Shown piece after piece: positions 9,040 to 19,864 of a DNA stretch of 64,000 bases. The notes beneath the pieces are model-generated. The model did no database searches and was not told the origin of the DNA. It saw nothing but the letters and a program-made list of their open reading frames with translations. This DNA is from an uncultured Gammaproteobacteria bacterium. Its GTDB lineage: Bacteria; Pseudomonadota; Gammaproteobacteria; JBGSLN01. The DNA lies in assembly GCA_963748135.1 (NCBI GenBank), contig CAVVHY010000044.1, forward strand, positions 1,376 through 65,375. The letters are read 5' to 3'. Made by a program: the position numbers and the translations under genes. Within the stretch, counting starts at the first letter, position 1; each line of letters opens with the position of its first letter.

Positions 9040-11040
9040 ATGAAACGTAAATTTGTTCACCTGGTATTTGCTTATCTATTGTCTTTATCACTTACCAGTT
9101 TGGTTGTTCAAGCCAATGCTACCGATGCACCCAAAGATGCTACGGCAACGACGATTACTAAAAATCAAAATGTGTCTCAGACCCTGCCATTTAATGATAA
9201 GCAATCATTCGAAGATGCTGATCGAGGTTTTATTGCGCCACTACCAAATAATGGCGTTATTAAGAATGCAACAGGCCGAATTGTTTGGGATTTGAGTAAA
9301 TTCTCCTTTATTAACAAAGGGTCAAAAGCGCCCGATACGGTCAATCCAAGCCTGTGGCGCCAATCGCAATTAGTCGTGATGAGTGGTTTGTATAAGGTGA
9401 CCGATAATATTTATCAAGTCCGATCCGCCGATTTATCAAATATCACTTTTATCGAAGGTAAAAATGGCATTGTGATCATTGACCCATTGATTTCAACTGA
9501 GACAGCGCAAGCGGCATTAAATTTATATTATCAACATCGTCCTCGAAAACCTATTGTAGCCGTTATCTATACCCATAGTCATGTCGATCACTATGGGGGT
9601 GTGCGCGGTGTTATCAATGAGAAAGATGTGCAAAACGGTAAAGTAAAAGTCATTGCCCCCGAAGGATTTATGAAGAATGCCGTGGCTGAAAATGTCATGG
9701 CAGGTAATGCCATGAGCCGACGAGCAACTTATATGTATGGCAATTTGCTTCCGCCATCGAGCAAGGGCCAAGTCGGTGCAGGGCTTGGGGTGACAACATC
9801 GAGTGGCACCGTATCGCTGATCGCACCTACGCAAACAATCACGAAAAACGGGCAGACATTAACCTTAGCTGGACTTAAGTTTATTTTTTATTTAGCGCCT
9901 GATTCTGAAGCACCATCAGAAATGTTTTTCTATATTCCGCAATATCACGCCTTATGTACTGCAGAAGATGCAACACATACTTTACATAATGTTTATTCAT
10001 TGCGTGGCGCCAAGATTCGTGACGCGCTTGCTTGGTCAAAGTATTTAAATGAAGTCATTTATTTATGGGGTGATAAGGCAAAAGTTTTGTTTGCACCCCA
10101 TCATTGGCCTGTGTGGGGTACAGAAAATATCGTGCATCATTTAAAAATGCAACGTGATTTGTATCGCTTTATCAATGATCAAACCTTAAATTTAGCGAAC
10201 CAGGGTTATACCATGACCCAGATTGCTGAAATGATTAAATTGCCCACATCTCTCAGTCATTATTGGTCGAATCGAGGCTATTATGGAACCGTGAACCATG
10301 ATGTCAAGGCAACCTACGTCAAATACTTGGGATACTTTGATGGTAATCCGGCAACATTACATATTTTGCCTCCTGTTGCTGCGAGTAAACATTATGTGAC
10401 ATATATGGGGGGCGCAGACGCGATCCTGAAGAAGGCCCGAGAAGATTATAAACAAGGTCATTACCGTTGGGTCGCACAAGTGTTAAATCATGTCGTGTTT
10501 GCTGATCCCAATAATCAAGCGGCGCGTAATCTCGAGGCCGATGCCCTGGAGCAACTTGGTTATCAAGCAGAATCTGGACCATGGCGTAATTTTTATTTAT
10601 CAGGCGCAAAAGAATTGCGAGAGGGAGTAAAAAAAGCAAGTGCACCAAACACAGCAAGCCCAGATACGATTCGTGCGATGGATCTTGATTTATTATTTGA
10701 TTATCTTGGCGTCAAGCTTGATAGTCAAAAGACTGGGGATCAAAAAATTATTTTAAATTTTAATTTTCCTGATACCCATCAAAAATATATATTAGAATTG
10801 GAAAACGGCACCTTGAATCATATTGAAGGTGTGCAGGCAAAAAATGCTGATGTCACTATCACTTTGACACGTGAGACACTTAATCAAATTTTATTAAAAC
10901 AAAAAACTTTGCAACAAGAAATTAATGCCGGAAAGGTTAAAATTCAAGGTGATAAACAAAAATTAACATCATTACTAAATATGCTGGATCACTTTGATTT
11001 TTGGTTTAACATTGTTACGCCAGTTAAACAAAATAATTAA
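9040..11040 (+). CDS. secreted alkyl/aryl-sulfatase (metallo-beta-lactamase fold, SdsA1/YjcS/BDS1 type)
   Basis: Signal peptide MKRKFVHLVFAYLLSLSLTSLVVQANA. MBL motif YTHSHVDHYGG. Its 666-aa length and C-terminal SCP2-like tail are typical of this family. Confidence 0.9.
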   Translation: MKRKFVHLVFAYLLSLSLTSLVVQANATDAPKDATATTITKNQNVSQTLPFNDKQSFEDADRGFIAPLPNNGVIKNATGRIVWDLSKFSFINKGSKAPDTVNPSLWRQSQLVVMSGLYKVTDNIYQVRSADLSNITFIEGKNGIVIIDPLISTETAQAALNLYYQHRPRKPIVAVIYTHSHVDHYGGVRGVINEKDVQNGKVKVIAPEGFMKNAVAENVMAGNAMSRRATYMYGNLLPPSSKGQVGAGLGVTTSSGTVSLIAPTQTITKNGQTLTLAGLKFIFYLAPDSEAPSEMFFYIPQYHALCTAEDATHTLHNVYSLRGAKIRDALAWSKYLNEVIYLWGDKAKVLFAPHHWPVWGTENIVHHLKMQRDLYRFINDQTLNLANQGYTMTQIAEMIKLPTSLSHYWSNRGYYGTVNHDVKATYVKYLGYFDGNPATLHILPPVAASKHYVTYMGGADAILKKAREDYKQGHYRWVAQVLNHVVFADPNNQAARNLEADALEQLGYQAESGPWRNFYLSGAKELREGVKKASAPNTASPDTIRAMDLDLLFDYLGVKLDSQKTGDQKIILNFNFPDTHQKYILELENGTLNHIEGVQAKNADVTITLTRETLNQILLKQKTLQQEINAGKVKIQGDKQKLTSLLNMLDHFDFWFNIVTPVKQNN

Positions 11041-11246
11041 TCGTGGTTTTATGCATGTAAGAAAATATTAATTTCACTATATTACCTTTAATGAGATATT
11101 TTTAATAGAATTAAGGTATAAAATTACAAAGCATCTAACTGATTAAATAACTAGTGTGGTGTAAAACAAAACTCTTAATATTTACGTAATCTTGTTCTTG
11201 TATACTATATTTACTACCAAAAAATAGCATATAGGAGCACAAGATT

Positions 11247-12140
11247 ATGTTTAAACATATCGCACCAACCAGATCGCTTGGCATTTTCGGCCACAAATCA
11301 CCAAAAACCCTGTGTCAAACCAGAGGGTTATTTTACGCAAAACTTAATGCGCTTGATAATGGCACGCTTATTGCCTCACTGAGAAATGACCGTCAACCTG
11401 ATGAATCAGTGAATGAATATAAATTACGTTCAATGATTCAATTCCACAGCACCCTGAAACCAGATTATTATTATATCTATGCAGATCGATCTTCACTTAG
11501 AGGCGTTAATCTTTTTCCAGGACATATTGCATTTTTTGCCACATCTGATAAAGGAGAAATTATTGAAGATTCTTGTATGAGTCTACGTAATTCTACTGTG
11601 ATTGATGGTGAAAGGCTACATTTCAAGCTTGAGCATGATCCAACAAAGCAAACTCATAAGCGCTCGGTATGGAATATTCGTTTTCTATCGATTGCTGAAG
11701 AGTTAAATGAATTTTTATTTAGTGGCGCACGCGATGACGTTCCTTTAGAGCATGATAGACCAAGGTTTATTACCGCCATTCCTCAAGACTTATTTCCAGA
11801 GCCACTAGAAGTTGTACTTGAGCAAATTAGACGTGCTAAGGTTGATCTTAAGGATTCACGCTATATTTTGGCGGATGGCTATCTCATTAAGCGTCCAAAT
11901 AAAGATATAAAAACCTTTGTTAACGCAGTTAATTGTATAACAGGTTTTTATAAAGCGGTAAGTGTTACAGGTAAGGAGGCTGCCCCTTCAGTGCAAATGG
12001 CCAAGACTGGATTATTGTCTCTATTACTTGGCAGTGAAGCAAAAGACAGATTGATAGAAGGGACTGGGTTGCGTCGTGAGGATGATGAAGTCAGAAGACA
12101 CGATGATGTACTAGCGTGGGAGTCACCTAAATTGAAGTGA
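11247..12140 (+). CDS. hypothetical protein (effector candidate)
   Basis: 297-aa ORF with TAGGAG 10 nt upstream. No recognisable motif. Confidence 0.6.
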   Translation: MFKHIAPTRSLGIFGHKSPKTLCQTRGLFYAKLNALDNGTLIASLRNDRQPDESVNEYKLRSMIQFHSTLKPDYYYIYADRSSLRGVNLFPGHIAFFATSDKGEIIEDSCMSLRNSTVIDGERLHFKLEHDPTKQTHKRSVWNIRFLSIAEELNEFLFSGARDDVPLEHDRPRFITAIPQDLFPEPLEVVLEQIRRAKVDLKDSRYILADGYLIKRPNKDIKTFVNAVNCITGFYKAVSVTGKEAAPSVQMAKTGLLSLLLGSEAKDRLIEGTGLRREDDEVRRHDDVLAWESPKLK

Positions 12141-12205
12141 TAGATAGTGCAAAGCTAATAGTTCTGTTTACAAGCTAGGTTAATATTTGCTAAAGTAACA
12201 TTATT

Positions 12206-12574
12206 ATGATGAGACGTTTATCAACTATGACATTTTTTACTGTTCCCTCTGTAAGGATGGCTCAACAGGGGCGCGGGCACTCTTATCTGGTGACTCGTGC
12301 TGTAAGCCAGATTAATGGTGATGAAGATTGGTCGCCCATGACCGACAATGAAAAAAGAGATTTCGCCATTAATTTAAATTTGTCAGAGATAACAGACCCC
12401 GAATATGCATTCAAGCAAGGCGAAGGTTACGTTGAATTAGGAGTAGGCTTTACTACAGAGGCGCTTAATGCCTTTGAACATGCAAAGCAATTAGATCCTA
12501 ACTATAAAGCTTTGGCTGATGCTCGAATAAATCAAATCAAACAACAAATTAAGCCTAACCAATTCAAACCATGA
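12206..12574 (+). CDS. small hypothetical protein with one TPR-like unit
   Basis: 122-aa ORF. C-terminal AFKQGEGYVELGVGFTTEALNAFEHAKQLDPNYKAL resembles a TPR. Confidence 0.5.
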   Translation: MMRRLSTMTFFTVPSVRMAQQGRGHSYLVTRAVSQINGDEDWSPMTDNEKRDFAINLNLSEITDPEYAFKQGEGYVELGVGFTTEALNAFEHAKQLDPNYKALADARINQIKQQIKPNQFKP

Positions 12575-12745
12575 GATTGCAGTTGTTGCGTTGTCATATC
12601 TGTAATTTCACTTAATACTTGCCAGCTTGTCCTAAATTGACAGGAAAGACGACTATATTTCACAAGGTGCTTCTTGGGAATACGGTGTATACTAATTTTT
12701 CAATATGTATTTAAATCTTTTTAGACCTTAAGCAAAGTTAAGACC

Positions 12746-15082
12746 ATGCTACCCTATCAACGTAAAAGAGAAACTTCGCCAAATACACCTGATGCAAAAC
12801 AAGCTTGTGATTCACATCCTGCAACAGAGTTAACAGATCAAACTGCAGTTCCAAATTTAAAAGCAATACTTGATTTGGATGACACTGAAAAGCAAAACCC
12901 AGCACTCAGGTTATTAACGCTAGGACTAATAGCAACAGTCCAAACCCAGTATGAATATACAAACAGTAAAGACTATACCGCACTCTATTATCATAACTTC
13001 CTTCGTGTATCTACATATATAGATGAAAAGGTGTATGCCTGGATAATGGCAATCTTGACAGATAATGTCATTCTAAGAGATGTCGTTCAAGATATTGTTG
13101 CAATTGCGTCTGCTAAAAATCGCCAAAATGCTCGACTAAAGAGCTTGGGTTATGAGCCATTATATGAAGATACAATTCCTAGCCTCCGGCAAATTGCAAA
13201 ACAGGCATTAAATACAAAACAAACATCAAGTGAAGAGCTCTCAAGCTTACCACAGGAATTACGTGATTTTCTTGTTGAGAAGACAACATGGCATAGCCCA
13301 ATGGATACAGATACTTTTCTGATAGATATGTTTTCATTAGCAAAGTTCCTCAAAGGTTATTTAAATTTTAAGAATAAAAATAGTTGCTCATCTTTACTGC
13401 CCTATGCTTGTGTTCTCGGTGATGAGCAGATAGTGTCGCATATACTAGAAAATGATATAGCCGATGACACGGAGGAAGTGGCGGAAGATAACAGTACCAG
13501 GATGAATTTCCTAAATCTTGCCTTGGGTGATACTCTCACACCATTACAATACGCTTGCTCTCAAGGCAATGCCCAAATTGTGCGGATGTTATTAGACAAA
13601 GGCGCTGATGTAAATGTGTTCAAGACTCAAGGTTCACAAGATCCAGTTTTTAATTCACCTTTAGCTTATGCGATGGCCCATCCTTCTTTTAGTGAAAAAG
13701 AACTCGGTAAGCAGAGCTTATTGGAAAGGATTATGGATTTGACAAATGATGTATCAAGTTTATATTACTTTGTAGCTGTTCATTACATTAATATTACGGC
13801 GATTCAATTATTAAGACAAAGAAATATACCTATAAAATATTCCATGGGCCCTCAGATATATGGGCAGAGGTCTAGTGACACTATCAATTCTACTTTAATG
13901 CAGAGTCCAAACCTTAAAAATAGTGATGATATTGTAAAGATCCATGAATTACTTAAGCCAGATGCTGTGGATGAGAGTAATAACGGTGATAGCAATGATA
14001 ATGATGACATTACTGACTCAAAAAATCCAAAATCATATCGCGGATTAGAATTTACATTAGCTGATCTCATGTTGCTTATACAGCATAATGGGAATCCAGA
14101 GGTGCTACATTATGTTTTTAGTCAGGTTACTAAACCTGAACTTAAACAGGGATTGAATTACGCTTTACGGTTCTCAAACCCTGTAGCAGTAAAAGTTTTG
14201 CTAGCAATGGAGAATAGCGAAGGTTATATAGATCGCTTTAATAAATCACACTATGAAATTGCTTTGCATCAACTAGAGTTTCATCAAGAAATTTTTCAAA
14301 TAGAAGCTAAAATCGTAGCAAAATGCGCAGAGTCTGTAATAATAAAGAGGCTTTTTGGTGATGCAAGACCAAGAGACGCAGAGCAAGTTTTACAAGAAAT
14401 TCAATTTGCTATGTTGCGTGAATTTGTGCTGCATATACAAGAGCACGGTTGTAATCCCGTCAACTATCAAGCCAGAATAAAACGGCAAAATATGCTTAAC
14501 GTAATAAAAGGCACAAACATAGAACAGCGATTTATAAATAGTGTGTTATATCGGTTGAAAAATGGGTTTAACGAAAATGATTTATTATACGCACGGAACC
14601 AAATTTATTTGGCACTTTTTGCTGAACAACAAAATACTTATTATCTGCGTAGAACGTTAGCATTTTTTGGTGGCATTTTAACAACCCCCATCGCCCCGTG
14701 GGCATGGCCAAAATTATATAGATATGCAACAGAAAAGCATTGCAGTAAACAGATCTATAAGCGAGAGATTAATCAGAAAGATTATCAGGCAATGCAAAAA
14801 TTGCGTAAGAGTATAAGGTCAGGTGTAAAACCACAAAGATTATCTCGGGCGAGTCTTTTTAATCATGATGGCCATTTGAAAAAATTTCAAGTTCATTGTG
14901 ATGATGTGGCTAATCAAGATGATGCAACAACCGAATTGCTTGCGAGTCGAGGTAAGACTTTAACCTTTTTAATGTCAAAACATCAGGCAGAACGTTTCGA
15001 TTTTTTGCAAAAGAATATTGGTAAAACCTTGACACCTGAAGACAAAATGCGATTGGGTCGTAAGTATCGTCAGTTACGGTGA
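12746..15082 (+). CDS. ankyrin-repeat protein
   Basis: 778-aa ORF. Canonical ANK unit TPLQYACSQGNAQIVRMLLDKGADVNV, preceded by SLLPYACVLGDEQIVSHILEN. Confidence 0.75.
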   Translation: MLPYQRKRETSPNTPDAKQACDSHPATELTDQTAVPNLKAILDLDDTEKQNPALRLLTLGLIATVQTQYEYTNSKDYTALYYHNFLRVSTYIDEKVYAWIMAILTDNVILRDVVQDIVAIASAKNRQNARLKSLGYEPLYEDTIPSLRQIAKQALNTKQTSSEELSSLPQELRDFLVEKTTWHSPMDTDTFLIDMFSLAKFLKGYLNFKNKNSCSSLLPYACVLGDEQIVSHILENDIADDTEEVAEDNSTRMNFLNLALGDTLTPLQYACSQGNAQIVRMLLDKGADVNVFKTQGSQDPVFNSPLAYAMAHPSFSEKELGKQSLLERIMDLTNDVSSLYYFVAVHYINITAIQLLRQRNIPIKYSMGPQIYGQRSSDTINSTLMQSPNLKNSDDIVKIHELLKPDAVDESNNGDSNDNDDITDSKNPKSYRGLEFTLADLMLLIQHNGNPEVLHYVFSQVTKPELKQGLNYALRFSNPVAVKVLLAMENSEGYIDRFNKSHYEIALHQLEFHQEIFQIEAKIVAKCAESVIIKRLFGDARPRDAEQVLQEIQFAMLREFVLHIQEHGCNPVNYQARIKRQNMLNVIKGTNIEQRFINSVLYRLKNGFNENDLLYARNQIYLALFAEQQNTYYLRRTLAFFGGILTTPIAPWAWPKLYRYATEKHCSKQIYKREINQKDYQAMQKLRKSIRSGVKPQRLSRASLFNHDGHLKKFQVHCDDVANQDDATTELLASRGKTLTFLMSKHQAERFDFLQKNIGKTLTPEDKMRLGRKYRQLR

Positions 15083-15168
15083 TTATTTGTATAGATATAC
15101 TTTAATTAATGATATAATCTTGTTGTTGTAGCTTTAACTGAACCACACTTTGCTCAGGAAAGAATGAT

Positions 15169-15900
15169 ATGACGACCAATAATACACTAAAGACAGTGAT
15201 AATAGTTGCCATGGAAGTTGAAGCTAAGCCAATCATTGAGCAAATTGGTATGCACGAATTATCCGATATCTTCGATCCTAGATTACCTATGATAGCCTAT
15301 GAAGCCGATCAGAATGCGAATATTATCTTAGTCACTAATGGGAAATGTCCAGTGAACCAATGTGATCGTATTGGTACACAGGCGGCTGCAGTTACCGCAT
15401 GGGAGTCAATACGAGTTTTAAATCCAGATTTAATCATAAGTGCTGGCACAGCAGGTGGTTTTAAACAACATCAAACTGAAATCGGTGATGTCTATTTGAG
15501 TAATGAAATTAAATATCATAATCGTCGCGCGCCATTCCCTGAATTCGAACAATATTTATTAGGTAATTATGGTATATTTTCCACTTCCGAGATTGCTAAC
15601 AAACTAGGCATGAAGTCAGGCTTAGTATCGTCCGGTGATTCAGTTTATGCAGAACAAGATGATTTGAAATTTATGACAGAGCACGGTACGCGTTGTAAAG
15701 AAATGGAAGCAGCTGCTATCGCTGAAATAGCACAGTTAGCTAATATTGATATGTTTGCCATTAAAGTGATTACTGATTTTGTTGACCTGGAGCATTGTCC
15801 TTATGAACAATTTATGAAGAATTATAGACACGCTATTGAACGTCTTAAATCTGCTGTCGCGAATGTGCTAAACGAACTTTATAATCAAGCTTTAGAGTAA
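15169..15900 (+). CDS. 5'-methylthioadenosine/S-adenosylhomocysteine nucleosidase family protein (PNP_UDP_1 fold)
   Basis: 243 aa. Motifs VIIVAMEVEA, ISAGTAGG and KEMEAAAIAEIA align with Pfs/MtnN-type nucleosidases. AGGAAAG upstream. Confidence 0.7.
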   Translation: MTTNNTLKTVIIVAMEVEAKPIIEQIGMHELSDIFDPRLPMIAYEADQNANIILVTNGKCPVNQCDRIGTQAAAVTAWESIRVLNPDLIISAGTAGGFKQHQTEIGDVYLSNEIKYHNRRAPFPEFEQYLLGNYGIFSTSEIANKLGMKSGLVSSGDSVYAEQDDLKFMTEHGTRCKEMEAAAIAEIAQLANIDMFAIKVITDFVDLEHCPYEQFMKNYRHAIERLKSAVANVLNELYNQALE

Positions 15901-15967
15901 ATAATAAACTTTAATATTGTCGTATATGTCGTAACTAACACTGGACTTTTATGATGGTGCTTTAAAA

Positions 15968-16564
15968 GTGATGAAATATAAAAACAGTGCAGGTGAATGC
16001 TTTAAGCAAAAATATAAGTGTTTGGTTATTGATCCACCCTGGAACCAAGGGAAAACAGGTAAACGAAGCACCAGGCCTAACCAAGGTACAAGGCTAGATT
16101 ATAAGACAATGCTTAAAGAAGAACTCATTGATTTGCCAATACCTCTTTGGGCAGATGAGCAAGCCTATTTATGGTTATGGGCAACTAATAGCAAGGATCG
16201 TAAAACCAAAGAACCTATCTTAAAAATGGCATTTGATCTAATTGATGCTTGGGATTTTAATTATTACACGACCATCACATGGAACAAAAAGACAGGCCCA
16301 TGTCCATTTGGGCCGTATCAAATTACAACGGAACATGTTCTATTTGCATATAGAGGAAAGTCTAATTTTACAAAAACATCACTCGGTAAAATGCAAACAT
16401 GTTTTACTGAAACGCCGACTGGACACAGCGTTAAACCGGCATCATTTTATAAAATAATAGCTGAATATTTTCCGGGGCCGAGGTTAGATGTCTTCGCACG
16501 GCAAAAGCGGCAAGGCTTTGATGGTTGGGGTGATGAATATGGTTCTTTACCGAATATCGGTTGA
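15968..16564 (+). CDS. MT-A70 family N6-adenine methyltransferase (orphan, no adjacent endonuclease seen)
   Basis: Catalytic DPPW in LVIDPPWNQG, plus the YLWLWATN motif typical of MT-A70. The track start is GTG 15968; an ATG follows at 15971. Confidence 0.85.
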   Translation: MMKYKNSAGECFKQKYKCLVIDPPWNQGKTGKRSTRPNQGTRLDYKTMLKEELIDLPIPLWADEQAYLWLWATNSKDRKTKEPILKMAFDLIDAWDFNYYTTITWNKKTGPCPFGPYQITTEHVLFAYRGKSNFTKTSLGKMQTCFTETPTGHSVKPASFYKIIAEYFPGPRLDVFARQKRQGFDGWGDEYGSLPNIG

Positions 16565-16682
16565 CTCACAGAAAAATTGCTCGCCAAAAAGCATCATCTT
16601 GGTGTATAATGAAAATGAGAGTAAGTTATCCGCTTTGTTAATGCTACATTAATCTAATAAATTTCAGACTAAGGAGCGGACA

Positions 16683-16877
16683 ATGAATACACAATATCAA
16701 GCTAATATTTTTTCTCAAAATCATTGCCTTGAGCAGTGGGAACACGAGAATTTAAATAAATTAATTGCCCAACTTTGCACGAAATTAGAAAAAGAGTGCA
16801 CAGGTACAGTTGCCGAAGTAATTGACAAAAAAAATCGTGACGTTGTGTATCGATTTTATAAAGAAAGAATAGAGTAG
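16683..16877 (+). CDS. small hypothetical protein
   Basis: 64-aa ORF with a strong TAAGGAG 7 nt upstream. No motif. Confidence 0.5.
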   Translation: MNTQYQANIFSQNHCLEQWEHENLNKLIAQLCTKLEKECTGTVAEVIDKKNRDVVYRFYKERIE

Positions 16878-17116
16878 TGTAAGCTGGGCTAATTCTAAAA
16901 ATTGATCTGATAACAGGATAGATGTGACCCTTTTAGTCTATATTTAGGCGAATAAGTTTTGCTTTAAATTAAACATAATCCAAGTGGTTGCACCAACTAA
17001 TATCGTTAAAAGAAGTAGTGTATATAATAATGCTAACCAATTCCAGGCATGCTTAGCTGATAGCCTTAAATGTAAAAAACTAAATTGTCCGCTTGAAAAC
17101 CTGAAGGAGAATAAAT

Positions 17117-17551
17117 ATGGATTATACGGTCTTTACTCCTTACAAAGGATTAATTGGTGGCTTTTTAATAGGGTTGAGTGCAGTTTTGCTTATGTGGCTA
17201 AATGGGCGCATCGCTGGTATGAGTGGTTTAGTTCACGGATTGTGTCCTCCCGGAAAAAAAGTTGACTATTGGCGGGTAACATTTCTGTTAGGGCTTTTAA
17301 TTGGTGGAGTTTCCTTTCAGTTTTTTCCAATCATTCAATTTCCTTTACGGACGCATTATCCTATTTTCTTACTTTTGTTAGGTGGATTTTGTGTAGGATT
17401 TGGAACACGAATGGGGAGTGGTTGCACAGCAGGACATGGTGTTTGTGGTATTGCTCGCTTATCATGGCGTTCGATGGTGGCCACAATGACTTTTTTTGTG
17501 GCAGCCGTTATCACAACCTTAATACTTAGACACATAATAAGGATATATTGA
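17117..17551 (+). CDS. YeeE/YedE family sulfur-compound transport protein (first of pair)
   Basis: 144 aa, 4 hydrophobic helices, signature [19 protein letters not shown] upstream. Confidence 0.85.
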   Translation: MDYTVFTPYKGLIGGFLIGLSAVLLMWLNGRIAGMSGLVHGLCPPGKKVDYWRVTFLLGLLIGGVSFQFFPIIQFPLRTHYPIFLLLLGGFCVGFGTRMGSGCTAGHGVCGIARLSWRSMVATMTFFVAAVITTLILRHIIRIY

Positions 17552-18003
17552 TCATGGATCGCTTATCTGCCTTTCTAATTGGTGTGATTTTTGGAACGGG
17601 ATTAAGCATTTCCAATATGACTAACCCCTATAAGATTTTAAACTTTCTAGATATATTCGGCCCATGGGATCCGACTTTGCTGATTGTGATGGCAACAGCT
17701 CTTCTGACCACTTTCATTGGATATAGAGTGGTATTAAAGAAAGGCAAACCAAAACTAGATGACACCTTTCACATTCCCCAGAAAACACATATTACTAAAA
17801 AGCTAGTCTTTGGCAGCATTATCTTTGGTATTGGTTGGGGCTCGACAGGTTATTGTCCTGGTCCTGCTATAACAGCGTTAGCAACATTTAATTGGGATCC
17901 TCTCTATTTTGTAATAGGTATGGTAGCAGGCTCTTATATTTATTGGTGGAGTTTTAAAAGTTCAGCTGATAATTCCCCAGAGAAGAATGAGATAGGTACT
18001 TGA
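17548..18003 (+). CDS. YeeE/YedE family protein (second of pair)
   Basis: 151 aa membrane protein with TGYCPGPA. The start overlaps the upstream stop codon (TTG 17548, or ATG 17554). Confidence 0.8.
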   Translation: MIMDRLSAFLIGVIFGTGLSISNMTNPYKILNFLDIFGPWDPTLLIVMATALLTTFIGYRVVLKKGKPKLDDTFHIPQKTHITKKLVFGSIIFGIGWGSTGYCPGPAITALATFNWDPLYFVIGMVAGSYIYWWSFKSSADNSPEKNEIGT

Positions 18004-18011
18004 CGAATCCC

Positions 18012-18152
18012 AACAGCGGGAGCAAGTTTTAAATTGTCACATTTTTTATTGACACCTTAAGTGATTATTCTTAACAAGTTGCCGTAAATTAATATTTGCA
18101 TTGGTGTCAAGTGCTTGCAAAATGTGACAATTTAAAACTTGATCCCGCTGTT
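18012..18152. repeat. complete MITE-like element, family A (34-bp terminal inverted repeats)
   Basis: AACAGCGGGAGCAAGTTTTAAATTGTCACATTTT (18012-18045) against AAAATGTGACAATTTAAAACTTGATCCCGCTGTT (18119-18152). Lies between two convergent genes. Partial copies at 34844, 36595 and 38093. Confidence 0.85.
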
Positions 18153-18170
18153 CTCGGCCAGCGTTCATTC

Positions 18171-18641
18171 TCAGAGAATTTCATCTAGTGGATGTTGAAG
18201 TATAGAAGTTGGAATCGTTGTATCCAATTGGAGATCGTATATTTTACTAATTATTTCAGAGCGATTTTTACAGCCCAATTTATCTTTAATGATATCAACA
18301 TGATGTTCGATTGTGCGACGAGAACGGGAGAGAATGTTAGATACCTCATTACAACTTTTACCGCGTATCAGATAAAATAAGCATTCAGACTGTCTTTGAG
18401 TTAGTCCCAGTGATGTATAACTATCTGTTAATATATACCTTCCTTGCATCCAGTGGTTCTCATAAAATGTTTTTCGGTGAGAATGATTTAGTAGTATACC
18501 GATATGGCGAAGTTTTGATTGGGTAAGATCCATATAATCATAGAAGATGGTGGTTTTATTGTTGAATTCAATTTTACTTTTCCCACCTAAAAATAATCTC
18601 CAAGCATTATCTCCATAGCAATTGATTGTACATAATAAAGC
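18171..18641 (-). pseudogene. 5'-truncated paralog of the PAS-LuxR regulator (HTH domain retained)
   Basis: The 120-aa ORF (18171..18533) has a LuxR HTH (LTQRQSECLFYLIRGKSCNEVSNILSRSRRTIEHHVDIIKDKLG). Homology to 47572..48231 continues 36 codons upstream of its Met (INCYGDNAWRLFLGGKSKIEF against IAYCGYQEGMRWLLGSKQPIY) up to a TAA at 18642-18644. The rest of the PAS region is absent. Confidence 0.6.
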
Positions 18642-19084
18642 TTAATAAAATATTAAGTATTTGCACAACATTTTTATACTCTCTGAAACATCAGAACTGG
18701 CTAATGATTATCTTGATTTACATGTTGTTATAAATCCTGCATGGGCTCCATACGTGACGTGAATTTTTTACTATATAAGTTACTTACCATCCTCTAAAAG
18801 TTCAAAAATAGGTAATTCATACGGATTTTTTTATTACTAGCACATTAATACAATATATAATCACAAATAATAAAGCAATATTTAGTGTTAATCTTACAGA
18901 GCTTTTGAGAACTACAGATTAAATAAAGAATGCTTGTCTATATCAAGACTGAAGGAACAAATAACCAATGAAACATTTACCATTTCATCTCGTCACTAGC
19001 AAACAAATAGCTATCCAATATTCTTAAATTACTCAATGGCCAAGTCTCATGTCAGCCCACAGTATTAGACAAGCAGAGGTTCAA

Positions 19085-19425
19085 TGCTTCACAAATGTGG
19101 TGACAGGTAATTTGGTGGTGCAAGATCGACGTGTACCGTTGTGTTTAGCCAATCATAATAACTACTACGGCAAACCACCAATAATTTACACGTCTTACTA
19201 ATTTCAAATTCATTTTTATGAGAGCTAATCCACGCGTACTTTACCGTGTTTCTTTGGCAAAGTACGCCGCCGCTTTGTTTAGGATATCTCTCTCTTGCCT
19301 TAGCTTGGCATTTTCTTTCTTTAGTTGCGCAAGTTCTTGCTGGAGGTTATGGTGTTCTATCGGTGGGGTAGCTTTGTTAAGAGCGTATTTTCTGATCCAG
19401 CCATGTTTTCTGTAAATCTGGCGAC
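19085..19425 (-). mobile_element. IS3-family fragment (3' part of orfA, frameshift region, first ~35 codons of orfB)
   Basis: Reverse translation gives ..HNLQQELAQLKKENAKLRQERDILNKAAAYFAKETR*. In the -1 frame it gives VKYAWISSHKNEFEISKTCKLLVVCRSSYYDWLN. Both are textbook IS3 orfA/orfB junction sequence. Truncated at both ends. Track ORF 19218..19415(+) is antisense noise. Confidence 0.8.
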
Positions 19426-19864
19426 ATTACTCAATAAACCTTTGCCAATACTATTTTACCATTGAACCTATAAAAGTAAAAAAGCAGTTAACGACTCAAT
19501 AATTGTTTGGATGAATAGTTGCCAAAAAGCTGGTTCCGTTGTTTCTGGACCAACAACTAAAAATTGAAAAATCTTTTTGGAACAAACATAGCAATAATCT
19601 GTCGTAGTTCAAACTTGCAGTGATAATTACCCATTTTTTAGAAAGTGTTAGGTTATTCCAATATCTCACAAAATATTAAGCGCTACACTAGAGTCACTCA
19701 AGGAACGTGATTAAGGCATTTCCTTAATGCTATAATTTTGTTATTTCTTGTTAGAAGCAATGGTTATCAAAATTGACGCTTAGGTACCATGTGTTTGCAA
19801 AATATGGCAACGTAAGATCCAACCCCATTCTATTCATTTTCTTTACCTGTGTATAACTCCAAGG

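Noticed and set aside
16984-17529. Track ORFs 16984..17265 and 17269..17529.
   Set aside because: Alternative frames of the YeeE/YedE gene, which has the family signature [12 protein letters not shown] and a strong RBS.
19218-19415. Track ORF of 65 aa on the plus strand.
   Set aside because: It is antisense to a clear IS3 orfA/orfB junction fragment. The meaningful reading is on the minus strand.
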